DNA of 64,000 nt from Acidobacteriaceae bacterium (lineage in GTDB: Bacteria > Acidobacteriota > Terriglobia > Terriglobales > Acidobacteriaceae), in assembly GCA_035945555.1 (NCBI GenBank), contig DASZAG010000131.1, positions 6,898 through 70,897 of the forward strand, written 5' to 3'. Each line of letters begins with the position of its first letter. The first letter of the stretch is position 1. This document shows positions 38,223 to 47,365 of the stretch, one piece after another. The notes under the pieces are model-generated. The model was not told the DNA's origin. It worked only from the letters and a program-made list of their open reading frames with translations, and ran no database searches. Both the position numbers and the translations under genes were made by a program.

Positions 38223-40431
38223 CTGATGCTCCGTACCCTGCTCCATAGTTCGCTTTGTAGGTATAGCTGTAGCCCCGTGAGTATGTGTAGTAGTGCTCAA
38301 GGCGCAGGTCAGCATCGTTGATAACGAGTCCGGAGATGCGCGCACCCGTTCTCCGAAGCAGGTCGCGGGTCCGCAGAAGCGCCTTCTTGCGCGTGACGCC
38401 GGAGCGAACCAGAATCACAACGTTGTCAGCCAGCGGCGCAAGGCTAAGTGAGTCCGAAACAGCGAGGATCGGCGATGAATCGAGAATTACGCGGTCGTAT
38501 TCGTTTCGCCACTGCTTCAATATCTCTCCCATTGTTTGCGAAGCGAGCATTTCTCCTGGATTGGGCGGGATGGGGCCGCGCGAGAGCACCCGCAAATTCG
38601 GCAAATCCGCCAACGGCTGCTCGTATGCTTCCCGTCCCGATTCGCGCGCGAGCAGGCTTGAGAGCCCCGTTCGATTGGAGAGCCCGAATTTCAAGTGCGT
38701 CGTTCCGCGGCGCAGATCCGCGTCAACCAGCAGCACCGTCTCCTTTCGCTGCGCAAAGGAGACCGCAAGATTCGCCGCGACCGTCGACTTTCCCTCTTCC
38801 GCAAAACTACTGGTCACTAACAGAACTTTGGGGTCGCGATCCACTGCGGATAGGAGTATTGCGGAACGCAAGGTGCGAAACGCCTCCGCCCCTAATGAGT
38901 GCGGGTCGGTGGTCGAAACCATGTCCGGTAGAAGCTTGCGCCCACCTGTAGCAAGCGCGGGGATCGCATCCTTTTTCGCAGGGAATCGCGGCACGACGGC
39001 CAGGCTGGGTAACTCTGAAATTGACTCGGCCTCCTCTGAGGTCCGAACAGTATCATCCATTGTCTCAAGAATAAAGGCGAGGATGAGACCGACGAGGAGT
39101 CCGCCAAGTAATCCGAAAGCAACATCAGACCGCTTTTTCGGCAATACCGGGGACGCGGGAACGGCCGCACGATCCACTACATCGACGCTATTTGAGTTCA
39201 ATCCAGCGGTAACTCCGGCCTCTTGCAGCTTTAGATTCAGGGCACTATACAGAGCTGCCGCCGATTCGGCATTATGCTTCAGAACATCAAACTGAGCCGA
39301 AGAAGCGTTCTCCTCGTATGCCGTCCTCTTGAGGCTGTCCAAGCGCGACTGTAGCAACGCTTCAGTTTGCAGGGCGGTATTGTATTCATCTGCAAAGCGC
39401 TTCGTCAGATTTGTGATCTCCGCGTCGATATCCGATTGCACGCTCGCGAGCTGCCTGTCCAGCTCCACGACTTTCGGATAATCAGGCCCAAACTTGGCCT
39501 TTAACTGTGCAGCCTGAACCATCAACTGTGCTTGCTCCTGGCGCAACGACGTCAAGACCGTGCCCGGTGCTACCGAGATGAGTAACTCGGGGTTCCGGGT
39601 GAGAGCCATCTTGTAACGAGCCTCTTTCACAATGCGATCAGCCTTCGCCTCGGCAAGTTGCTGATTCACAGTCGTCAAGCTATCTGTGACAAGACTGCCG
39701 CCTTGGCCGTCGGTAGGAAGAAGATTGTGCTTCTGAACGTAATCAGCGAGGTCTTTCTGATCATTGTCGACTTGTTGCTTTAGTCCCGTGAGTTGCCCGG
39801 ATAGCCAATCCGAAACACGCTTTGTCCCTTCATAACGGGCCCGTAGATCGCGCTCGATGTATGCGTCGACGATTGCGTTTGCGGCGTTCTTCGCCAAGCC
39901 CGGATCGGCGTTTTCGAAGCTCACATCCACCAGATCGGTATTTGGCACCACGCTAATCGATGTCGCACCCTGAAACTCATGGATCAGGTCCGCGCGCTGC
40001 TGGGGGGTCAATTGGCCGTTATAAGGGCTTTTTTTGAATATGTCGGAGAATGGAGCCTTATGGTACAGATCCAGGTTGTTAATCGCGTCCAGTGCGACCG
40101 TGTCGCTGCGCATGATCTCCACCTGCGTCTGGAGCAGTTCGTCCGGGTCTACATAGGCGCCGCTCTGCTGAATCAGGCTTTCGATACCGATATTTGCGGT
40201 TCGGCCAACATCGACGTTCACCCGCGCGGTTGCCTCATATTCAGGAACCGCTGTCTCAGCGCGAAACACTCCTATAACGATTCCTGCGAGCGCTGCGATC
40301 AGGATGATCCACTTGCGCTTGAACAGGATCTTTCCCATATCCGTCGGGGTAATCGTCGGAGATGACGGCGCGAAGCTCCCCTTCGGAACTTCCAACTGAA
40401 CTCCTTTGGGAGGATTCAACCACCCTTGCAT
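38209..40431 (-). CDS. wzc: Chain-length determinant / tyrosine autokinase (Wzc/GumC-like)
   Basis: An N-terminal Wzz-like TM, coiled-coil periplasmic domain and second TM are present. The cytoplasmic P-loop is LLVTSSFAEEGKSTVAANLA..VLLVDADLRRG. The C-terminal Tyr cluster is YYTYSRGYSYTYKANYGAGY. Confidence 0.88.
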   Translation of the reverse strand: MQGWLNPPKGVQLEVPKGSFAPSSPTITPTDMGKILFKRKWIILIAALAGIVIGVFRAETAVPEYEATARVNVDVGRTANIGIESLIQQSGAYVDPDELLQTQVEIMRSDTVALDAINNLDLYHKAPFSDIFKKSPYNGQLTPQQRADLIHEFQGATSISVVPNTDLVDVSFENADPGLAKNAANAIVDAYIERDLRARYEGTKRVSDWLSGQLTGLKQQVDNDQKDLADYVQKHNLLPTDGQGGSLVTDSLTTVNQQLAEAKADRIVKEARYKMALTRNPELLISVAPGTVLTSLRQEQAQLMVQAAQLKAKFGPDYPKVVELDRQLASVQSDIDAEITNLTKRFADEYNTALQTEALLQSRLDSLKRTAYEENASSAQFDVLKHNAESAAALYSALNLKLQEAGVTAGLNSNSVDVVDRAAVPASPVLPKKRSDVAFGLLGGLLVGLILAFILETMDDTVRTSEEAESISELPSLAVVPRFPAKKDAIPALATGGRKLLPDMVSTTDPHSLGAEAFRTLRSAILLSAVDRDPKVLLVTSSFAEEGKSTVAANLAVSFAQRKETVLLVDADLRRGTTHLKFGLSNRTGLSSLLARESGREAYEQPLADLPNLRVLSRGPIPPNPGEMLASQTMGEILKQWRNEYDRVILDSSPILAVSDSLSLAPLADNVVILVRSGVTRKKALLRTRDLLRRTGARISGLVINDADLRLEHYYTYSRGYSYTYKANYGAGYGASDGKN

Positions 40432-40673
40432 CCTTCGAGGTACTCCTTGTGCCGATCAAGTCAACGCGCACCGCTCCGAGGCCGGGAAGCCTCCGGATAT
40501 CCCTGGCTTTTCTGACCGCCTGGAACATGGGAGAGTGTGTTACGAGTGTAACGGACTGAACAGAGCCGGGCAATCGGAAACTCGTAATAACATTGTCCCA
40601 AATCACATCAGGGAAACTCCCGCTCGTCATGCTCTAAGCTCTCCTGATAATTACTGGAGAGCTAATATCCAAA

Positions 40674-41006
40674 TTAATATCTGGGAATCGACGGATCAAT
40701 TTCTGCTGACCATGCATCGATACCGCTCCGCAATGATTGCGCCTGCTCAAATCCCTGCTCCCTGAGCCACGCGGTAACGCTCATCGATCGGACTCCATGA
40801 TGGCAAATAGCAATTATCCGGGACTCTGGATCAAGTTCGTGATTCGCTCGCTCCGGAACATCCCCCATAGGCATCGAAACGCTTCCCTTGATATGTCCCT
40901 CTTCGTACTCCCAGGGCTCGCGCACATCCAGCAAAACACAGCTGTTTCCTTCGTCGACGCTCAACAGGTCTCGCAACTCGTTCAATGAAATCTCATAATT
41001 CAGCAT
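40674..41006 (-). CDS. Single-domain rhodanese (sulfurtransferase)
   Basis: Only the last 110 aa of the 260-aa ORF are credible. The matching sequence is MLNYEISLNELRDLL...LLDVREPWEYEEGHIKGS...IAICHHGVRS (active-site CxxGxR loop). The upstream part overlaps the plus-strand NtrC-type gene. Confidence 0.8.
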   Translation of the reverse strand: MLNYEISLNELRDLLSVDEGNSCVLLDVREPWEYEEGHIKGSVSMPMGDVPERANHELDPESRIIAICHHGVRSMSVTAWLREQGFEQAQSLRSGIDAWSAEIDPSIPRY

Positions 41007-41114
41007 ACGAGTCCAGAATACAGGTTTGTGCCAGGAAAATGGGCCCTTCCTTCGATCGCAATCCCTGTCGAAGTGCCCTGCTCGCGTGATACAAGAGAAA
41101 CAGCCCCTATTGTT

Positions 41115-42518
41115 ATGGTTAACCAGGAAAAAGTCCTGATTGTGGAAGATGAACCCCACGCATTGACCGGCCTTGCCGAGCTCATCGCTGGTTGGGGATA
41201 CCGTACCGAGACTGCACGCGACGGTGTTGAAGCGCTGGAAAAGGCACTTGTCTTCCAGCCGGGCATCGTTGTCACTGATCTCAAAATGCCCCGCATGGAC
41301 GGGCTGGATCTTCTCGAGCGTCTTGGGGAACTGCGGCAGAATCAGGCGGTTGTGGTGCTCACGGCGCAAGGTTCGATTCAGGCGGCCGTCGACGCCATGA
41401 AACTGGGTGCTTACGACTTTATCCAGAAGCCTGTGGATGCGGTGCGGCTGCGCCAAATCCTGTCCAACGCCACCCGGCAGCGCGAAACCGAGCAGGAGTT
41501 GGAAGTAACGCGCCGCAAGTTGCGCGATGCCGGGGTTCTCGGTGCGCTAGTCGGCTCCTCGAAGAAAATGCAGGAGATATTCGCGCTGATCGAACGCATT
41601 GCGCCGTCAAATGTTTCCGTGCTGATTACGGGCGAAAGCGGCACCGGCAAGGAATTAGTGGCTCGCACTCTGCATTCTCTCAGCCCACGCAAGGCGCGCC
41701 CCTTTGTCGCTGTAAACTGCGCAGCGATTCCGGAAACTCTGATTGAAAGCGAAATTTTCGGCCACGAGAAAGGCGCGTTCACCGGCGCTATGGAGCGCCG
41801 GGCAGGGTGCTTTGAGCTTGCGGAAGAAGGCACGCTGCTCCTCGACGAAATCGGCGAGATGCCCATCGGTACGCAGGCCAAGCTGTTGCGAGTTCTGGAG
41901 GAACGAACGTTGCGACGCCTGGGCAGCAAGGTTGAATCGCCAGTGGACGTCCGGGTGCTGGCTGCAACTAATAAAGACCCCTCAGTGGCCGTGGGCGACG
42001 GACATTTGCGAGCAGATCTCTTCTACCGCCTGAACGTTTTTAACATTCACATGCCTCCGTTGCGTGACCACAAGGAAGACATTCCGCTGATCGTTGATTC
42101 GATGATCGACGACATGAACCGCAAGCACGACCGCCACATTACGGGTATGGACAGCGGCATGATGCAGCAGCTGATGATGAGCAGCTGGCCCGGCAATGTG
42201 CGCGAACTCCGCAACACCATCGAGCGAGCGGTGGTCCTGGCGGGTGAGGGGCTGCTGGAAGCGCACCATTTGCCACCCGGTTTCGGGGCGGCTGCGACCG
42301 TCAGAGCAACTGAAACTCCCTTGCAGGAAAATGCTATTCGGGTAGAGGTTGGGTCTACAATTGACGATGCCGAGAGGCTGCTGATCCTTAAGACTCTGGA
42401 GTCGCACGGAAATAACAAAACACGCGCCGCCGAGACGCTGGGAATCAGTCTGAAAACGCTGCACAATAAGTTAAAGGAGTACGGGAATTCGGTTTCCGAT
42501 GCTGTCGAAGAGCAGTAA
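41115..42518 (+). CDS. Sigma-54-dependent response regulator (NtrC/AtoC family enhancer-binding protein)
   Basis: The start was trimmed to the ATG at 41115. The REC domain reads VLIVEDEPH...VVTDLKMPRMDG. The AAA+ domain has GESGTGKELVAR, ESEIFGHEKGAFTGA (GAFTGA loop) and LLDEIGEM. A C-terminal Fis-type HTH is present (NKTRAAETLGISLKTLHNKL). Confidence 0.92.
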   Translation: MVNQEKVLIVEDEPHALTGLAELIAGWGYRTETARDGVEALEKALVFQPGIVVTDLKMPRMDGLDLLERLGELRQNQAVVVLTAQGSIQAAVDAMKLGAYDFIQKPVDAVRLRQILSNATRQRETEQELEVTRRKLRDAGVLGALVGSSKKMQEIFALIERIAPSNVSVLITGESGTGKELVARTLHSLSPRKARPFVAVNCAAIPETLIESEIFGHEKGAFTGAMERRAGCFELAEEGTLLLDEIGEMPIGTQAKLLRVLEERTLRRLGSKVESPVDVRVLAATNKDPSVAVGDGHLRADLFYRLNVFNIHMPPLRDHKEDIPLIVDSMIDDMNRKHDRHITGMDSGMMQQLMMSSWPGNVRELRNTIERAVVLAGEGLLEAHHLPPGFGAAATVRATETPLQENAIRVEVGSTIDDAERLLILKTLESHGNNKTRAAETLGISLKTLHNKLKEYGNSVSDAVEEQ

Positions 42519-42591
42519 GGAACTCCCCGTCGGGCCCCGGTCGCCGCATTGCTGTACTTGCTCTGCCGTTTATGTTTCGCTGTCACCCTGA

Positions 42592-44538
42592 ATGCGCTTG
42601 AAGACCAAACTCGCAGCGGCCATCACCGGACTGGTGTTTGTGGTGGTGTTTGTCCTCTCCTGGCTTTACATTAGCCAGTTGCTGCAGCAGCACATTGAGC
42701 AATCCTATCTTGCCAGTGACATCATCGCGCACCAGCTTCTGTTCACCACGCACGAGGCGTTGGACAACGGCTTGAAGGAACAGACCATTGATCTCAACGA
42801 TCCGGCTTCAGTGCGTGCCGCCGTCGCTTCCGCGCTACGCAATGATCACGCCCTGAATTCGTTCATCAATTCGGTCATCACCTACCAGCCTACTGTTCTC
42901 GACATCGCCATTGCAGACCGCAACGGCCGAGGCTTGCTCACGGCGCCCGATCCGTCGCTTGAAGACCAGAAGCTGCCTACTCGGCCAGAGTACGCAACTC
43001 TGCGCAAGAATTCGCTTATCGATACGCTCGAAATCGTTTTCGGCCCTCCCCGTGTGTACAACGTCTCTCTCGAACTGACCCGCGACGGGCAGGCATTCCT
43101 CAACATACGCATCGGCATCCGCACCACCTTCCTTGAACATGCGTTGCGCCCCTGGCTGATCGAGGCTTTGACCTTTGCAGGTTTGGCAATATTGCTCTCT
43201 ATCGTCGCTGCCGCCTTCGTGGCAAACCTTGCGTTGGCTCCAATAGCTCAAATCAGTGAACGACTCGACGCCTTACAGGCTGAAGCGGAAGCAGCAGCCG
43301 CGACTGCCCTTGAATCCGCACCTGAACCCTCAGCCGAGTCTTCTGACACTGTTGTGCAGGTTTCGCACAAAATTGAACGGCTGGGCCGTCGCATGCGCAA
43401 CGTTGAGGAGGTCTTTTCGGCCCTCAAGGAAAATCTGGACCAGATTCTCTCGAACTTGCAGGACGGCATGATGCTTTTCACCCGGGATGCGCGAGCCATT
43501 CTAGTTTCCCGCTCGGTGGAGCGCTTCCTTAACATCGACCGCGACCAGATTCTCGGCGCGCCGGTAAAGGAGATTTTCGACCGACGCACGGTCCTGGGCC
43601 GCACTGTGAGGCATGCGTTTGATGCAGGAGTTTCAATTGTTCAGGAAGAGCTGACAACCGAGTCAGGCCGTCGCCTGGAGATTTCCCTTGACTTTATCCA
43701 TGAAAACCATGACTCCGATCAGAGCCAGTCTCTCGGCGCCCTCCTCACGCTGCATGACCTCGAATCCGTGCGTGAAATTGAGAGTGAACTGGAAGTATCG
43801 CGGCGCATGGCTGCCATAGGGCGGCTTACTTCCGGCGTTGGCCACGAAGTCAAAAACCCCATCAACGCGATTGTGGTTCATCTGGAACTGCTTCGCAGCA
43901 AGATGACCGGCGACAGCGGCGCCGAACGGCACCTTGAGATTATCCAGAGCGAAATTCACCGCCTCGACAGAGTGGTCCAAACGCTGGTGGATTTCTCGCG
44001 CCCTGTGGAGCTGCAGTTGAAAGACCAAGACCTCAGGAGCATCATCTGGAGCGTGCTCATGCTGTCCTCCGCGGAAATGGAGACGAGAAGGATCAACGTG
44101 ATCAGTGATCTACCGGACCACGTTGTCAATGTGCGGGTGGATGCCGACCTCCTCAAACAGGCATTGCTTAACGTCGTGCTGAACGGAGCGCAGGCCATGA
44201 CCAATGGCGGAGAACTGTCTGTTCGTCTCACGGAGGATGCACGCGCCGCCGTCGTGAAGATCGAAGACCACGGAGAAGGAATTCCCAGTGAAATTCGGGA
44301 CCGTATTTTTGACCTTTACTTCACCACCAAGCGGGGAGGCAGCGGCATCGGGTTGGCAATGACGTATCGAATCATACAACTGCATCACGGTCAGCTTGAC
44401 GTAGAATCGAAGGTGGGAAAAGGCTCTACGTTCACTTTGCGCATTCCGGTCGTCCCCACTTCGGAACCGGAAGCCAGATCTGGGCTGCGCGGCCCGGAGA
44501 ACGAGAAAGCAGGGTCTTTGAGGGGTTTCGGCGAATGA
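42592..44538 (+). CDS. Sensor histidine kinase (2 TM periplasmic sensor, HAMP, PAS, HisKA, HATPase_c)
   Basis: The H-box is SGVGHEVKNPINAI. The N-box is LNVVLNGAQAM. The G-boxes are EDHGEGIP and GGSGIGLAMT. The N-terminal TM is at residues 8-27 and the second TM lies near residue 190. Confidence 0.9.
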   Translation: MRLKTKLAAAITGLVFVVVFVLSWLYISQLLQQHIEQSYLASDIIAHQLLFTTHEALDNGLKEQTIDLNDPASVRAAVASALRNDHALNSFINSVITYQPTVLDIAIADRNGRGLLTAPDPSLEDQKLPTRPEYATLRKNSLIDTLEIVFGPPRVYNVSLELTRDGQAFLNIRIGIRTTFLEHALRPWLIEALTFAGLAILLSIVAAAFVANLALAPIAQISERLDALQAEAEAAAATALESAPEPSAESSDTVVQVSHKIERLGRRMRNVEEVFSALKENLDQILSNLQDGMMLFTRDARAILVSRSVERFLNIDRDQILGAPVKEIFDRRTVLGRTVRHAFDAGVSIVQEELTTESGRRLEISLDFIHENHDSDQSQSLGALLTLHDLESVREIESELEVSRRMAAIGRLTSGVGHEVKNPINAIVVHLELLRSKMTGDSGAERHLEIIQSEIHRLDRVVQTLVDFSRPVELQLKDQDLRSIIWSVLMLSSAEMETRRINVISDLPDHVVNVRVDADLLKQALLNVVLNGAQAMTNGGELSVRLTEDARAAVVKIEDHGEGIPSEIRDRIFDLYFTTKRGGSGIGLAMTYRIIQLHHGQLDVESKVGKGSTFTLRIPVVPTSEPEARSGLRGPENEKAGSLRGFGE

Positions 44539-45137
44539 ATTCCGCGAGCAAGACAGCGGCGCTGCTCCTGCTCACCGTTTTCCTCGCGGGATGCAGGCAC
44601 AGAACCAGAGCTACACTTGCGCCTGAATCTCTGGCGCCGGTGCTGCCTGTCTCTGATCTGGCCAACAATACGCCTCCCGACGTGCCTCCTGCACAATTGC
44701 CGCAAATTAACCCTCCCCCACCCAGGTCATCGGCTCGGGAGGAAAAGCCCAAGCCGCCCAAGCACGTCTACCGCAAGCCGCGTCACACCACGATTGAGCC
44801 GAGTCCCGTCGAGACTCCAACGACGAGCCAAGTTCCGACGGAACAGGCCGCGACCGCCATGCCGACGGAAATCTCTCCGATCGGGCAGCTCTCTCCTGCT
44901 GGCGACAGCTCCAACGTGCCGCGCCGTAAGCAGATTCTGGACGAGATCGACTCGACTCAAAAGGGGCTGGAAAACGTCACGAAGCGCCCCTTGAGCAAGG
45001 AAGAGCAGGCCACAGTCGCACAGATAAAGACATTTCTCGAGAAGGCTAAGACCGCTCTAAATCAGGCCGACCTCGACGGCGCCCACACACTGGTGACTAA
45101 GGCCAGAGTGCTGCTCGATGAAATCGCAAAATCATAG
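44535..45137 (+). CDS. Pro-rich lipoprotein with helical C-terminal domain (unknown function)
   Basis: ATGA overlap with the kinase stop. The lipobox is LLTVFLAGC. A long P/T/S-rich linker is followed by a predicted helical segment of about 70 aa (KEEQATVAQIKTFLEKAKTALNQADLDGAHTLVTKARVLLDEI). Confidence 0.6.
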   Translation: MNSASKTAALLLLTVFLAGCRHRTRATLAPESLAPVLPVSDLANNTPPDVPPAQLPQINPPPPRSSAREEKPKPPKHVYRKPRHTTIEPSPVETPTTSQVPTEQAATAMPTEISPIGQLSPAGDSSNVPRRKQILDEIDSTQKGLENVTKRPLSKEEQATVAQIKTFLEKAKTALNQADLDGAHTLVTKARVLLDEIAKS

Positions 45138-45187
45138 CCAAGCCAACTTCAAGCCTTACCCCTCATCAGCTAAACTTTATCCATCGC

Positions 45188-47347
45188 ATGGGACACCTCC
45201 GCAAATTTGAAACCAGTGTTTTTCGGCGCGTGCGCCGCGACCCGCCTGCGGGGAAGATCCACCGCCTGGCTTTCTGGTTTTTCCTTGCATATCTATTCTT
45301 TCTCGTGGCCCAATTGCTGCCCGGCAGTGTAGGCAGGTTCTTTCATGGAATTGACAACCTCGCGCTCCTGCTGTTGATCGCCTTCTGCATTCCCCTGTTC
45401 TGGCGATGGCTGATGCACGGTGCCCTATGGAAAGTCCGCAACCGTCTCGTTGCGACCTACCTGCTCATGGGACTCGCGCCTGTGGTGCTGTTCGTTACTC
45501 TCGCGCTCTTCATGCTCTACGCATTTTCTGGGCAATTTGCGATTTTCGCGGCCAATAGTGTCATCGCCGTGGAGCGGTCGCATATCGCCTCAGAGAACCG
45601 TGCCTTCGCCCTCCACTCGGCACATCTGCTCGCCGCAAATCCGAAAACGAATTCTCTCAGTCTGCCCGAATTTGAAGACACCTCCTCTGGGCATCAGCAC
45701 TCCGGAGTCACCTTTAACGCATTCGAGAACGGTCGCGCTTTGCCGCTGGTTCCGGCCGATCTCAGCGATCCGACCATCCAACTACCGCCCGCTTGGTCGA
45801 AGGACACCTTCAGAGGAGTGGTCATTGATCACGACCACCTCTTTTTGCGCGCGATCGATACCCAATCCGTCGCGGGCAAAACCATTACGACGATCACCAG
45901 CTTGCCATTAAAACAAGACAACGTGGACCAGATCGCGAATGGTCTCGGTATCGTAACGCTCAGCCCGGACTTGAACTATGAGAACCCATCCGCGCACAAG
46001 CAGCGGTCTGAGGTCGAATTTGGAAACTTCGGGGATAAAGGTGGTGTGCGGGTTGTCAAGGTAAACGGGAAAAGCCCGGTCCAGGACAGCTCGATTGTCG
46101 GCGGAACGCTGCCGCGTGCTACGCATTTCTACGATATCCCCGTCGGCTTCTACGCTCCGCTGGAGACGGTCGAATGGCAGACGGGCAATACCATCGGTAC
46201 CCCCATGATAGTAACCTCCCGTCCCTCGCTGCTGTATCAGCGGCTTTTTATTAGCTCGCTGACTATGGGGACTGTGGTGCGGAACGTGTTGATTGCGGTC
46301 GCGGTCTGTTTCGGTGTCCTCGAATTGTTTGCGTTCTTCCTGGCAGTACGGCTCAATCGCACCATCACGCAATCCATCCGCGAGCTGTATCACGCCACTG
46401 AAGCCATCGACCATGGCGACTTCAGCCACCGCATCCGCGTAACCCGCAAAGACCAGCTTGCCGCACTCGCCCGTTCATTCAACGGCATGACGGCTTCCCT
46501 CGCCCGCCTGCTCGAAGAACAGCGCGAAAAAGAGCGCTTGCAGAACGAGCTCTCGATCGCGCAGGAGGTCCAAGCCAATCTCTTTCCCCAAAGCAGCATC
46601 AATCTCCCCATGCTCGACCTGCACGGGGCCTGCTATCCGGCTCGAACCGTCAGCGGAGACTACTACGACTTTCTCATCTTCGGTGATTCCGGCCTGGGCA
46701 TCGCACTTGGCGACATCAGCGGCAAGGGGATTTCAGCCGCCCTCCTCATGGCTACGCTTCATTCAGCCGTTCGCGCCTACCGCTTTGCAGGGAAGGAACT
46801 GGTCCTCGCCAGGAACGTCCCTGAGATGGTCGCGGCGGGAGGCATCTCCGCAGACGACGAACCTGAGTGCGGCGAGGTATTCGAGGAACCAGGGCGAGTT
46901 CTAGCCCTCCTGAACCGCCACTTGTATCGCAGCACGCAACCGGAAAAGTACGCCACTCTCTTCCTCGCGCATTATGACGGCTTGCACAGACGACTGATCT
47001 ACTCGAATGGCGGCCAGCTCCCACCTCTTCTCCTGCGCGCCGACGGTTCAGTTACCCGGCTCGATTGCGGAGGTACTGTTGTAGGTCTGATCGACAACGT
47101 TAGTTATGAGCAGGCTGTGGAGCAGCTCCACCCGGGAGACATCCTCATCGCCTACAGCGATGGCGTAACCGAGCCTGAAAATGAGTTTGGAGAATTTGGC
47201 GAAGACCGTCTGCTGGAAATCGTCCGTCGGCATCGCCATTTGCCGCTAGACGCGATCTCAGAACAGGTGATGCACTCGCTGCGAAGCTGGATCGGGGGCG
47301 CCGAGCAGCCGGACGATATTACGCTGGTGTTGGCACGGCAGAGGTAA
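45188..47347 (+). CDS. Membrane sensor HAMP-PP2C (SpoIIE/RsbU-type) serine phosphatase
   Basis: N-terminal TM helices and an extracytoplasmic region of about 200 aa are present. A TM and HAMP follow (RLNRTITQSIRELYHATEAIDHGDF). The SpoIIE domain has AQEVQANLFP, SGDYYDF, LGDISGKGISAALLMA, AYSDGVTEPEN and DDITLVLAR. Confidence 0.88.
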   Translation: MGHLRKFETSVFRRVRRDPPAGKIHRLAFWFFLAYLFFLVAQLLPGSVGRFFHGIDNLALLLLIAFCIPLFWRWLMHGALWKVRNRLVATYLLMGLAPVVLFVTLALFMLYAFSGQFAIFAANSVIAVERSHIASENRAFALHSAHLLAANPKTNSLSLPEFEDTSSGHQHSGVTFNAFENGRALPLVPADLSDPTIQLPPAWSKDTFRGVVIDHDHLFLRAIDTQSVAGKTITTITSLPLKQDNVDQIANGLGIVTLSPDLNYENPSAHKQRSEVEFGNFGDKGGVRVVKVNGKSPVQDSSIVGGTLPRATHFYDIPVGFYAPLETVEWQTGNTIGTPMIVTSRPSLLYQRLFISSLTMGTVVRNVLIAVAVCFGVLELFAFFLAVRLNRTITQSIRELYHATEAIDHGDFSHRIRVTRKDQLAALARSFNGMTASLARLLEEQREKERLQNELSIAQEVQANLFPQSSINLPMLDLHGACYPARTVSGDYYDFLIFGDSGLGIALGDISGKGISAALLMATLHSAVRAYRFAGKELVLARNVPEMVAAGGISADDEPECGEVFEEPGRVLALLNRHLYRSTQPEKYATLFLAHYDGLHRRLIYSNGGQLPPLLLRADGSVTRLDCGGTVVGLIDNVSYEQAVEQLHPGDILIAYSDGVTEPENEFGEFGEDRLLEIVRRHRHLPLDAISEQVMHSLRSWIGGAEQPDDITLVLARQR

Positions 47348-47365
47348 GCGGTTTAGACGCTTACC
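47343..47365. terminator. 8-bp perfect hairpin spanning both stop codons of convergent genes
   Basis: GGTAAGCG-GTTTAGA-CGCTTACC. The plus-strand TAA (47345-47347) is in the left arm. The minus-strand stop (47353-47355) is in the loop. There is no clear U-tract. Confidence 0.4.

Noticed and set aside
38318-39295. A long (325 aa) plus-strand ORF antisense to wzc. Similar long antisense ORFs occur at 1549-2319, 5653-6273, 17595-18311, 19428-20240, 30974-31732, 49922-50620, 54785-55477, 55401-56246 and 62534-63403.
   Set aside because: Each lies entirely inside a gene with strong family motifs on the opposite strand. Their translations are Arg/Ser/Pro/Ala-rich low-complexity strings typical of antisense frames in high-GC DNA, and none shows a recognisable motif or RBS.
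41019-41034. A sigma-54-like -24 element TGGCAC (minus strand) upstream of the rhodanese gene.
   Set aside because: The -12 position reads TGTA instead of TTGC (no GC dinucleotide). The element would sit only about 27 nt from the ATG, leaving no room for a normal leader and RBS.
41007-41456. An N-terminal 150-aa extension of the 260-aa minus-strand ORF containing the rhodanese domain.
   Set aside because: The extension overlaps the REC domain of the plus-strand NtrC-type gene and has no domain features. An internal ATG at 41006 gives a standard 110-aa rhodanese.
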